Program-made: the position numbers and the translations under genes | Source of the DNA: Halomicrobium mukohataei DSM 12286 | GTDB lineage: Archaea; Halobacteriota; Halobacteria; Halobacteriales; Haloarculaceae | Assembly (NCBI RefSeq): GCF_000023965.1 | Contig: NC_013202.1 | Location: forward strand, 930,001-962,000 | Reading direction: 5' to 3' | DNA length: 32,000 nucleotides | The notes under the pieces: generated by a model | Database searches by the model: none | Told to the model about the DNA's origin: nothing | Seen by the model: only the letters and a program-made list of their open reading frames with translations | In this document: positions 16,636-25,104 of the stretch, piece after piece | Layout: every line of letters starts with the position of its first letter | How positions within the stretch are numbered: the first letter of the stretch is position 1

Positions 16636-17724
16636 ATGCAACCGCTCCACGCGCGCTACCCGTTCCTGCAGTCGGCCCGCGACGCCGTCGAGGAAGCGGC
16701 GGTCGACCTGGGTGAGGTCGTCGCCACCGACGAGGTCGTCGTCGAGCGCGCCCGCGAGCGCGTCGAGTGGGCGATCACCGACGGGAGCGTGGGCGATCCC
16801 CACCGACGCACGCGCGTGGAACTGCTGTCGTACCCGGTCGCGCGCGTGCTCGTCTCGCTCGTGAACACGCCGGTCTGTACGCGCAAGTACGCCCAGGCCG
16901 AGGCCGAGGCCGCTCGCGAGCGGTTCGTCGAGGAGTTTACCGCCGAAGACACCTTTAGCTACGGCGACAGCGAGTCGTTGTCGCTGTCGGCGCTGCTCGC
17001 GGAGTTCGACCTCACCGCCGCCGTCCACGAGACCGCGGACCGCTACCGGATCGACGTGGGGACGTACCTCGAACTGGCGGCCGACCAGTGGGGCGACGAG
17101 TGGCGACTGGTCAACCGGACGCTGACCGACGGCGAGGTGCCGGTGACGACCGAAGAGCTCCACACGCTGCTCAAGCAGGCGATTCGCCACCGGATCGACG
17201 ACGGCCTGCCCTTCGAGGTGCCGGACGCCATCGCGGACGAGCTCGACGCGGAAGTCGAGTCGATCCAGGCGACGCTGTCGGAGATGGATCTGACTCGCGA
17301 GATCGACACGGTCGTTCCCGACCTGTTCCCGCCCTGTATGCAGCATCTCCTCGACGCGGTCCAGAAGGGCGAGCACCTGGAGCACCACTCGCGGTTCGCG
17401 CTGGCGGCCTTCCTGACCTCGATCGGGATGACGACCGACGAGATCGTCGAGCTGTTCCAGGTCAACCCCGGCTTCGGCGAGGAAGCGACGCGCTATCAGG
17501 TCGATCACATCCGCGGTGACACGAGTCCCACGGAGTACTCGACACCCTCGTGTGCGACGATGCAGTCTTACGGCGACTGCAAGGGGAAAGACGACATCTG
17601 CGAGGACGAGATCAACGAGTCACATCCGCTGAACTACTACGAACACCGGCTCGACGAGACCGACGACGAGGAGGTCGAAGACTGGCGCGAGAACGAGGCC
17701 GACGACGACGACGGTGAGGCCTGA
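16636..17724 (+). CDS. priL: DNA primase large subunit PriL
   Basis: Conserved PPCM..LL motif, HLEHHSRFALAAFL, and Fe-S cluster cysteines (PSCATMQSYGDC...IC). Acidic C-terminal tail. Confidence 0.9.
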   Translation: MQPLHARYPFLQSARDAVEEAAVDLGEVVATDEVVVERARERVEWAITDGSVGDPHRRTRVELLSYPVARVLVSLVNTPVCTRKYAQAEAEAARERFVEEFTAEDTFSYGDSESLSLSALLAEFDLTAAVHETADRYRIDVGTYLELAADQWGDEWRLVNRTLTDGEVPVTTEELHTLLKQAIRHRIDDGLPFEVPDAIADELDAEVESIQATLSEMDLTREIDTVVPDLFPPCMQHLLDAVQKGEHLEHHSRFALAAFLTSIGMTTDEIVELFQVNPGFGEEATRYQVDHIRGDTSPTEYSTPSCATMQSYGDCKGKDDICEDEINESHPLNYYEHRLDETDDEEVEDWRENEADDDDGEA

Positions 17725-17749
17725 CGACGCGTCCGACGGCGATCGGCGT

Positions 17750-17986
17750 TCAGAACTCCCGGCGCTCCAGGAAGAGGCCGGCCGCCAGCATGACCACGAC
17801 GAACGCCGCGATGGCTGCTACGAGTGCGATGCCACCCTCCTGCGTGAGGTCGCCGTTCGCTCCGTAGTTCGTACTCACGACGATCGTACCGGCGATGAAC
17901 AGCAAGACGGCGACGGCCGACAGCGCGATCTGCGTGACCGTCTCCCGATCGAGAGACATGCTCGTCCGTATCCCCGGGGCCGGCAA
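17750..17986 (-). CDS. small membrane protein (2 TM), hypothetical
   Basis: 78-codon ORF with two hydrophobic helices. Alternative ATG at 17959 (MSLDRE...). Confidence 0.5.
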   Translation of the reverse strand: MPAPGIRTSMSLDRETVTQIALSAVAVLLFIAGTIVVSTNYGANGDLTQEGGIALVAAIAAFVVVMLAAGLFLERREF

Positions 17987-18014
17987 AAGCGCTTCGAAGC
18001 CCGCGCCACCGGGG

Positions 18015-18648
18015 TCACAGCTCCTTGACGACCGTCGCCGGATTGCCGGCCACGACCACGTCCGAGGGCACGTCGTCGGTGACGACGGCTCCGGCGGCCA
18101 CGACCGCGCGGTCCCCGACGGTCACTCCCGGCGTCAGGACGGCCCGGCCGCCGATCCAGACGTGATCGCCGCCGGTCACGGGATCACCCATCTCCAGTCC
18201 GGCAGCACGTTCCTCGGCGTCCAGCGGGTGCGTCGCCGTGTAGGCGTGGACCCCGGGACCGAGCAGACAGTGCTCGCCGAACGTGATCTCACACACGTCC
18301 AGGAAGACGCAGTCGACGTTCGCGTAGAAATCGTCGCCGACGTGGACGTTGAAGCCGTAGTCACAGCCCAGCGGTGGCTCGACCGTCGCCTCCCCGACCG
18401 TCCCGAACAGTTCGTCGAGTAGTTCCCGACGGCGTTCCCGTGGGTCGGGCGGCGTCTCGTTGTACGCACTGGTCAGTTCGTCGGCTCGGCTGCGCCCCGC
18501 GACTATAGTAACAATTGAAACGATTTACACACCGATCGCAGTGCCGTCGTGCGATCGGGTGTGCATTGATTTTCAATGGCTACTATAGCTCCGGACCGCT
18601 GGGATCGTAGGCGTTCCCAGCGAGCATCTTCTCTAACTCCGACGGCAT
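18015..18648 (-). pseudogene. maa: maltose/galactoside O-acetyltransferase (hexapeptide-repeat, LbH family) disrupted by a MITE insertion
   Basis: The N-terminal 21 codons (MPSELEKMLAGNAYDPSGPEL) end at a TAG supplied by the element. The remaining 162 codons continue below 18504 in another frame. Removing 82 bp joins both parts into 183 codons collinear with Maa/LacA-type enzymes. Confidence 0.85.
18504..18587. mobile_element. family-1 MITE-like palindromic element, copy 2 (inside the acetyltransferase gene)
   Basis: TA-TAGTAACAATTGAAACG...TTTTCAATGGCTACTA-TA. Imperfect terminal inverted repeats, a second inner stem, and TA on both flanks. Confidence 0.9.
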
Positions 18649-18824
18649 CAGTACTCGTCGTCCAGTCGACCCTCTCGCTCGTCGATCTCGTCTAAGATGT
18701 CCAGCGTCTTGCGAACGGACGCTCGGATCGCCTCGCTGCGGTTGACGAACTTCCCCTCGTCGCCGACGTGCTTGTCCAGGTCGTCCAGTAGCTCCGCGGG
18801 CACTTCCACGCTGATCTTGGGCAT
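18648..18824 (-). CDS. ribbon-helix-helix (CopG/NikR-N-like) DNA-binding protein
   Basis: MPKISVEVPAELLDDLDKHV....NRSEAIRASVRKTL is a typical RHH_1 pattern. Its TGA overlaps the ATG of the acetyltransferase gene (ATGA). Confidence 0.8.
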   Translation of the reverse strand: MPKISVEVPAELLDDLDKHVGDEGKFVNRSEAIRASVRKTLDILDEIDEREGRLDDEY

Positions 18825-18848
18825 AGCTAGGGTAGGGACGCCGCCGCA

Positions 18849-18857
18849 CATAAAAAC
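18849..18857 (-). promoter_or_regulatory. TATA-box candidate for the RHH-acetyltransferase pair
   Basis: GTTTTTATG on the minus strand, about 29 nt upstream of the ATG at 18824. Confidence 0.35.
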
Positions 18858-18908
18858 GGGTTTCCGGCCCGGCCCACCACGAGCGTGTCGAGCGTCCCGC
18901 GTCGGCGG

Positions 18909-18939
18909 TCATACTGCCGGCAGCGTCAGTCTGCCGGCT
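18909..18939. repeat. degenerate family-2 repeat terminus, copy (d)
   Basis: TCATACTGCCGGCAG CGTCAGT CTGCCGGCT spans the tatCt stop codon (18926-18928). Only the terminal motif is recognisable. Confidence 0.35.
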
Positions 18940-21130
18940 CGGCACCCTCGGGTGCCCGTCTGCCACCGAGGGTGTAGAGCCACAGCACCCCGAGACCGAC
19001 GAGGAAGGCGATCGTCACCGGGACCGAGACGAGGAACATCGTGAAGATGCCCTTCGGCGAGAACAGGGCTCCGGCGACGAACACCCCGAGCGTGACGGTT
19101 CGCCAGCGGTCCTGGACCGACTGGAAGGTGATGATGTTCCCGCGGTGGAACAGCAACATCGTCACCGGGATCTCGAACAGCAGTCCGATCCCGACCGTCA
19201 GCGCGAGCACGAGCCAGCCGAACTTGGCGACGCGGTAGGAGATGATCATCCCCGACTGGAGCACGTCGAAGGCCAGCCAGGAGATCACCGTCGGGGCGAC
19301 GTAGGTGAACCCGACGAGGCTCCCGCCGACCATCGACGCGATGACGGTCCCGCTCCAGATCCCGAGCACGCCACGCTGACCGCCGACGAAGCCACGCTCT
19401 TTCAGCGCCGGCCAGGCGAAGTAGACGATCAGCGGTAACACCGACACCGCGCCCAGGATCGCGGAGAACTTCACGATGAAGATCAGGTGCTCGACCGGGT
19501 GGAGGTTGACGAACGTCACGTCGGCCCGCATCGACGGCGGGAGGTTGCTGACGAACGTGTTCCGGATGTCGCCGATGCCCCCGGAGTACAGGAAGACGAA
19601 GGCGGCCCCGGAGATCGCCATGAACGTGCCGACGAACCAGATCGCCTTCGAGGTCAGCGAGTCGAGGATGAAGGCGATGTCGTGGTAGTAGCCGCCGATG
19701 TCGTCCTCGGTGGTCTCCTCCTCGGTGAAGGCGTTCATCACGCCGGCCGTCGTCGAGGTGACCACGTCGGCGTCGTCCTCGTCGTCGTCCTCGGCCGCTT
19801 CGCCCGTGCCAGCCATCGTGTCCTGGGCGAAGTCCCAGCGTCCCAGGATCGCCTCGGCCTTGTCCGGGTTCCCGTCGTCCATCGCCGACTGGGCCAGTTC
19901 GAGCGCTTCCTGCTCTTCCATCTCTTGGAACCGCTGGACCGGCGCGCTCCGGACGGCACCGGCGCTCAGCGGTTCGATGTCGATGGCCGTCGGATCGCCG
20001 TAGTTGCCCGCTTCGGCGGCCGCCACGTCGAGGGCCTGGATCATGTAGTAGTACAGGACGACGACCGCAGCCACCAGTCCGAACACGGCTGCGATGGCGA
20101 TCGCGGTCGTCTCCGTTCCCAGTCCGAGCAGGTCCGGGCGAGCGACATCGCCGGTGAGCCGGTCGGAGGGGAACCACGCGGCGAACGCCCGGATGTACTG
20201 GAACGCGGGCGTCGCCAGCAGGTAGTACACCACGCCGCCGGCCACGACCGCCCCGGCGGCGAGCTTGTTCCAGCGCGTGCGTGCGACGCTCTTCGCACCG
20301 ACTTCCTCGCCGGCCCGCTTTGTCAACACCAGTATCTTCGAGATACCGAGGCTGACGACGTACAGCCCGACGAGCGGCAGCGCCCACATCACCTGCGTGA
20401 ACGGGTCCGGCGGCGAGAACAGCGCACCGAACCCGAAGATCAGGACCACCGCGACCCGCCAGCGGTCGCGGAACGTCTCGTAGGGGACGATGCCGGTGTA
20501 GCTCAGCGCACTCATAAACAGCGGGAGCTGGGCCGCCAATCCGAACGAGAAGCCAAGCAGCGCGACGAACCCGACCCACTTCGTGATCGAGTAGTCCGGT
20601 CGGAAGCCGGCGGCGTCGGCGTTTTCCGCCAGGAAGTCGAACATCAGCGGGAAAAAGAGGTTATAGGAGTAGAGGATCCCGCCGACGAACAGGCCGATAG
20701 CGATCAACAGCAGACTCCAGAGCTTCCACAGTGGCACCCTGTCGGCGGGCCACAGATCGCGTTCGCGCAGCGCGTCGCGGCTGTAGTAGATCAGGAAGGG
20801 GAGCGCGAGGAGGATGCCGATGACCGCCCCGATTTTCACCTGCAAGAGGATCACGTCGAAGGGCGTGACGGCGACGATGTCGGCCTCTTCGGCGGTCCGT
20901 TCGATCATGTCCGCCTTCAACCGATCCCACAGGAACTCCTGGAGCGCGTAGATCGTTCCGACGAGGCCGACGACCCAGACGATGAACACCTTCTGGAGGT
21001 GTTTTTGCGCGGCTCTGAGCATCGAGCCCATCGTCTCGCGGCCGCTCTGGACCGACCGCATCGTGTCTTCGTCGAGCCCCGTAGACATCTGGTCGGAGAC
21101 TTGCCGACTCTGCGTTATCAATTTGTTCAT
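18926..21130 (-). CDS. tatCt: twin-arginine translocase subunit TatCt (duplicated, about 14-TM TatC)
   Basis: 735 aa made of two TatC-like membrane domains joined by an acidic cytoplasmic linker, as in haloarchaeal TatCt. The ATG at 21130 (MNKLITQS...) is used; the longer ORF to 21640 is an Arg-rich shadow extension. Confidence 0.9.
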   Translation of the reverse strand: MNKLITQSRQVSDQMSTGLDEDTMRSVQSGRETMGSMLRAAQKHLQKVFIVWVVGLVGTIYALQEFLWDRLKADMIERTAEEADIVAVTPFDVILLQVKIGAVIGILLALPFLIYYSRDALRERDLWPADRVPLWKLWSLLLIAIGLFVGGILYSYNLFFPLMFDFLAENADAAGFRPDYSITKWVGFVALLGFSFGLAAQLPLFMSALSYTGIVPYETFRDRWRVAVVLIFGFGALFSPPDPFTQVMWALPLVGLYVVSLGISKILVLTKRAGEEVGAKSVARTRWNKLAAGAVVAGGVVYYLLATPAFQYIRAFAAWFPSDRLTGDVARPDLLGLGTETTAIAIAAVFGLVAAVVVLYYYMIQALDVAAAEAGNYGDPTAIDIEPLSAGAVRSAPVQRFQEMEEQEALELAQSAMDDGNPDKAEAILGRWDFAQDTMAGTGEAAEDDDEDDADVVTSTTAGVMNAFTEEETTEDDIGGYYHDIAFILDSLTSKAIWFVGTFMAISGAAFVFLYSGGIGDIRNTFVSNLPPSMRADVTFVNLHPVEHLIFIVKFSAILGAVSVLPLIVYFAWPALKERGFVGGQRGVLGIWSGTVIASMVGGSLVGFTYVAPTVISWLAFDVLQSGMIISYRVAKFGWLVLALTVGIGLLFEIPVTMLLFHRGNIITFQSVQDRWRTVTLGVFVAGALFSPKGIFTMFLVSVPVTIAFLVGLGVLWLYTLGGRRAPEGAEPAD

Positions 21131-21198
21131 CGCGCGAACGCTCCCGCCGGGACTGCGAAAAGAAAGTTTACAACAACGAGCAGCCAAGGGGGCCACAG

Positions 21199-22995
21199 AT
21201 GGGCGACCGCGACGGCGACGACGAGCGAGCCAGCGAGGAGCCGGGCGACTCCCACTCGGAGGAGTCCCCGGCCGACGAGCAGCAGGTACCCTCGTCGACC
21301 GCCGTCGACGCGAAAGCCGACGACGCGTCCGACGCGACGGAGGACTCGGTGGAGGACTCGGCGGACCACCCGGAAGACGAAGACGGAGCCCCCGACTCGG
21401 ACGACGATCCACAGGAGTGGTGGAAAGACCACGACCCAGAGAACGAAGTCGACGAGTCCGGCGACGACGAGGAGCTGTCGCCGGCCGCCCGCCGAGATCA
21501 GACGCAGGCACGCGGCGACGCCCGCCGGGCCGACGAGGCCGACGACTCGTCGGACGCCGACGATTCCGAGGACAGTGGGGCGGACGCAGACGACTCGTCG
21601 GACGCCGACGACGGTGATGCCGACGACTCGGAGGAGCCAAAGCAGGTCCACGCTCCCGGACCGACGCCGAAGGGGGGCGGTACTGCCGCCAGTGCGACGG
21701 CGCGGCCGACGCGCGATCGCGAACCGCCGTCGCCGCCGGACGACGTCGGGCCGTCGACGGCTCCCGACGACGAGGAGATGCCCCTGACCGAACACGTCGA
21801 GGAGATGGCGCTGCGGTTCCTGGCGGTCGGGCTCGTCATGTTCGGCGTCGCCGGGATCGTCGTGTTCTACGCCAACGACCTGATCAACTTCCTGTGGTAC
21901 TCGTTCCTGGGCGATCCGGCGCTCTGTCCCGGCCCGGACTGCGGTGTCAAGCCCCGCGTCTACCACCCGCTCTCGCTGGTGCTCGCGCGTCTGAAGGTGT
22001 CGACGCTGGTCGGGCTGATCATCGCACTGCCGGTGGGCGTCTACCAAACCTATCGGTTCATGCGCCCCGGCCTCTACCCCCGCGAGCGACGCTACTACCT
22101 CGCGGCCGTGCCCACGAGCCTCGTGCTGGCCGTCGTCGGCGTCGGATTCGCGTACTTCGCCGTGCTCCCCTCGCTCTTTGCCTACTTCACGGAGTACAGC
22201 GAACAGGCGGCGACGACGGCGTTCGGGCTGACCGAGACGTTCAATCTCATGGTCCTGATGCTCGGGTTCTTCGCGCTGGTCTTCCAGATCCCGCTGCTGG
22301 TGATGCTGGCGATCATGATGGGCGTGACGACCCGCCAGTGGCTCGAAGACCGCCGGCTGTACTTCTGGGGTGGCTTCGCCGCCGTCGCCTTCCTCTTTAG
22401 CCCGGACCCGACCGGGATGGCACCGCTGATCGTCGCGGTGACGATGATCGTCCTGTTCGAGGGGACGCTGACCCTGCTTCGCTGGACCGGCACCGGTTCG
22501 CCGATCCCGACGGCCGAGGAGGCCGCAGACCGCCGGCCGGCCGCCTACCTCGCCGCGGCGCTGGGCGGTTACGTCGCCAGTAGCGGCCCGATCCCGCCGG
22601 GCTACTACGACGCGCTGCCACAGGTCGTGATCGACCAACTCGCGAGTTCGGGTGGGCCGATCGCGACACCGGCGATCATCGCGGGTGCGCTGATCGCGCT
22701 GTTCGAGATCGGAGCCTTCCTGCTCAGGCGCTACGGCCGCTCGCGGCGGGCGCTCAAGGCACGCCTCGCGGTCGAAGATGCCCGGATCCCCGTCTGGCTC
22801 GGTGCGGTCGTCGTCGGCTACTTCGGGAGCCCGACGCCGACGCTCGTCACCGCCGCTCGCGATCTGGCCCTGTCGCCGACGCGGGCGGCGCTGGTCGGTG
22901 TCGGACTGGTGGTCCTGTACGAACTGTTCGTCGCCGTGCTTCGCTGGCGTGAGGGCGACGACGACGCCCAGACGCCGACGACGGACGAGGCCTAG
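21199..22995 (+). CDS. tatCo: twin-arginine translocase subunit TatCo with a long acidic N-terminal extension and extra C-terminal TM helices
   Basis: The TatC core runs from about residue 195 (MPLTEHVEEMALRF...) to about residue 430. It is preceded by about 190 Asp/Glu/Ser-rich residues and followed by about 165 residues containing about 4 hydrophobic helices. Divergent from tatCt. Confidence 0.8.
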   Translation: MGDRDGDDERASEEPGDSHSEESPADEQQVPSSTAVDAKADDASDATEDSVEDSADHPEDEDGAPDSDDDPQEWWKDHDPENEVDESGDDEELSPAARRDQTQARGDARRADEADDSSDADDSEDSGADADDSSDADDGDADDSEEPKQVHAPGPTPKGGGTAASATARPTRDREPPSPPDDVGPSTAPDDEEMPLTEHVEEMALRFLAVGLVMFGVAGIVVFYANDLINFLWYSFLGDPALCPGPDCGVKPRVYHPLSLVLARLKVSTLVGLIIALPVGVYQTYRFMRPGLYPRERRYYLAAVPTSLVLAVVGVGFAYFAVLPSLFAYFTEYSEQAATTAFGLTETFNLMVLMLGFFALVFQIPLLVMLAIMMGVTTRQWLEDRRLYFWGGFAAVAFLFSPDPTGMAPLIVAVTMIVLFEGTLTLLRWTGTGSPIPTAEEAADRRPAAYLAAALGGYVASSGPIPPGYYDALPQVVIDQLASSGGPIATPAIIAGALIALFEIGAFLLRRYGRSRRALKARLAVEDARIPVWLGAVVVGYFGSPTPTLVTAARDLALSPTRAALVGVGLVVLYELFVAVLRWREGDDDAQTPTTDEA

Positions 22996-23972
22996 GCGTC
23001 TTCGAGCGACGAGATTCTGGACACTTCGAACCGCGTCCCGGACGATTCTCCCGCCGACTGCTGGTCCGTGACCGCGATCGACCAGCCGTGCGCGTCGACG
23101 ATCTCGGCGACGATCGCCAGCCCGAACCCAGTTCCCGTGTCGCTGGTCGTGTACCCCCGCTCGAAGATCCGGTCGCGATCGGCCGGGCCGATCCCGTCGC
23201 CGTCGTCGGCGACGTAGAAGCCGTCGCCCTCGGGGAGGAGCCCGACCGTGACGGTCACGTCGTCTGCGGCGTGATCGACGGCGTTGACGAAGAGATTCGA
23301 GAGCAACCGGTCGAGCCGTCCGGGCGTGGTGGTGAGAGTCGCGTCGGCACGGACCCGAAGTCGTGCCCCGCCGGTGTCGATGCCCCGCCAGGCGTCTTCA
23401 CACACCGACGCCAGCGACACCCGCTGGGGCTCGTCGACGGTGTCGCCCTGTCGCGCCAGGGTCAGGAGGTCGTCGATCAGACGCTGCATCCGCTCGTGAG
23501 CGTCTGCGAGCCGATCGAGGTGGGACTCGTCGCCGGTCTCTCTGTACAGTTCGAGCTGCGTGATCGCGAGCTGGATCGGCGTCTGGAGGTCGTGTGAGAT
23601 GCTGCTGGTGAGCGTGTCGAGCCGCTCGCTCTGGCGTCGCAGTTCTCCACGGCCGTCGACCGCTTCGGGACTGCCGTCGACGAGCGCGTCGACGTGGTCG
23701 GCGAGCGCCGCCGTGGGATCCCCGTCGACGGCGACGCACTCGTCGACGACGCCGTCCGGGAGGTCGCTGGTCTCGGCGGCCAGCACCGTCACGGGGGCGT
23801 CTGCCAGGCGTGTCGCGTCTACTTCGCCGACGGGATCGACGACCACGACGGACGTACGGGGGTCGTCGAGAACGCGTTCGTCGGGTGTCTCCACTGCGAG
23901 CACCGACCCGGTGACGGCACGCTCGAAGGCGAGACCTCGCTCCTGTGGACCGACGTAGACGACCGGGGGCAT
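22992..23972 (-). CDS. sensor histidine kinase (HisKA + HATPase_c), soluble
   Basis: H-box SHDLQTPI, N-box LFVNAVDH, G1 DDGDGI, G2 GTGFGLAIV. The N-terminal roughly 100 aa are receiver-like without clear motifs. Confidence 0.85.
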   Translation of the reverse strand: MPPVVYVGPQERGLAFERAVTGSVLAVETPDERVLDDPRTSVVVVDPVGEVDATRLADAPVTVLAAETSDLPDGVVDECVAVDGDPTAALADHVDALVDGSPEAVDGRGELRRQSERLDTLTSSISHDLQTPIQLAITQLELYRETGDESHLDRLADAHERMQRLIDDLLTLARQGDTVDEPQRVSLASVCEDAWRGIDTGGARLRVRADATLTTTPGRLDRLLSNLFVNAVDHAADDVTVTVGLLPEGDGFYVADDGDGIGPADRDRIFERGYTTSDTGTGFGLAIVAEIVDAHGWSIAVTDQQSAGESSGTRFEVSRISSLEDA

Positions 23973-24063
23973 ATCCTGTCCGAGGTGACGCCGGTGCTAA
24001 ATGATTGGCGTTTTAATCTCGCATTTCTCTTGTAGGAAATATAAATGGCCCGGCGGAGCCGCC

Positions 24064-24933
24064 TCACTCTCCGGTCGGGTACTCAGTCGAGAACACGTCT
24101 TCGACGACAGCGTCGTCCTCGGGGTCGTCGTCGGGGCTCACGCTCCCGGTCTGGTAGCCGTGGAGATCCAGCGTCACGTGGTCGAAACCGAGATCAGCGA
24201 CGTGGTCGCGGGCGGCCCGGACGAAGTCGGGATCCAGCGCCACGTCGAGTTCGTCTTCGCCGACCTCGATGCGAGCGAGCCCGTCGTGGTCACGCACGCG
24301 GAACTGCTCGAAGCCCCACGTTCGCAGGAGCTGCTCGGCCTTCTCGACGCGAGAGAGCCGGTCCTCGGTCACTTCCAGTCCCGTGGGGATCCGGGAGGAG
24401 AGACAGGCCATCGAGGGCTTGTCGGCAACGGACAGGTCGTACTCGCGAGCGATCTCGCGGACCTCCTCTTTGGTGATGTCGTGTTCCAGCAGCGGCGAGT
24501 AGGCGTTCAACTCCTCGACGGCCCGGAGGCCGGGACGGTGCCCCTCGCCGGGGTCCGAGGCGTTGGTGCCGTCACAGACCACGTCGATGCCCAGCCGGCG
24601 GGCCTCGTCGTACATCGCCGAGAGGCGCATCGAACGGCAGTGATAACACCGTTCGTCGTCGTTGGCGACGAACGCCTCGCTGTCGAGTTCGCTGAACTCG
24701 ACGATCTCGTGGCGGATGCCGATCTCGTCGGCGACGCGGTTGGCGTCGACAAGCTCGGCTTCGGGGAGCGTCTCGCTCTTTGCGGTACAGGCGACGGCGT
24801 CGTCGCCCAGCGCGTCGTGGGCGAGTGCGGCGACGACGCTGGAGTCGACGCCACCCGAGAAGGCGATCAAGACGCCCTCTCGGTCGGCCAGATCGGCCCG
24901 TGCGGCGTCGAGCTTGGTCTCGACGGCAGTCAT
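24064..24933 (-). CDS. larE: PP-loop ATP pyrophosphatase, LarE-like sulfur transferase family
   Basis: PP-loop SGGVDSS, RCYHCR, DGTNASD, and PSMACLSSR with the conserved Cys. The ATG at 24933 is preferred. Confidence 0.8.
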   Translation of the reverse strand: MTAVETKLDAARADLADREGVLIAFSGGVDSSVVAALAHDALGDDAVACTAKSETLPEAELVDANRVADEIGIRHEIVEFSELDSEAFVANDDERCYHCRSMRLSAMYDEARRLGIDVVCDGTNASDPGEGHRPGLRAVEELNAYSPLLEHDITKEEVREIAREYDLSVADKPSMACLSSRIPTGLEVTEDRLSRVEKAEQLLRTWGFEQFRVRDHDGLARIEVGEDELDVALDPDFVRAARDHVADLGFDHVTLDLHGYQTGSVSPDDDPEDDAVVEDVFSTEYPTGE

Positions 24934-25104
24934 GCACCGTCGTTCGGTGCGGACGGCCAAAAGCCCGTTGCGTTAGCCGTTCACAGGGTCGATCGCTGAC
25001 ACGATCGAAGGCGGCTCCGCTGACGCTTCGGTGGGACTCTCACGGCGGCGGATGAGACGCTCGCTTCGGTCGCCAAGACGCCGACCGACCGGACCGACTC
25101 ATTT

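Noticed and set aside
19487-22638. Long ORFs 19487..21787 (+) and 21127..22638 (-) overlapping the tatC genes
   Set aside because: They are Arg/Pro/Asp-rich shadow frames opposite clear multi-TM TatC proteins and are not credible genes.
22992-22995. tatCo and the convergent histidine kinase gene share overlapping stop codons (CTAG)
   Set aside because: This is a common compact-genome arrangement with no evidence of functional significance.
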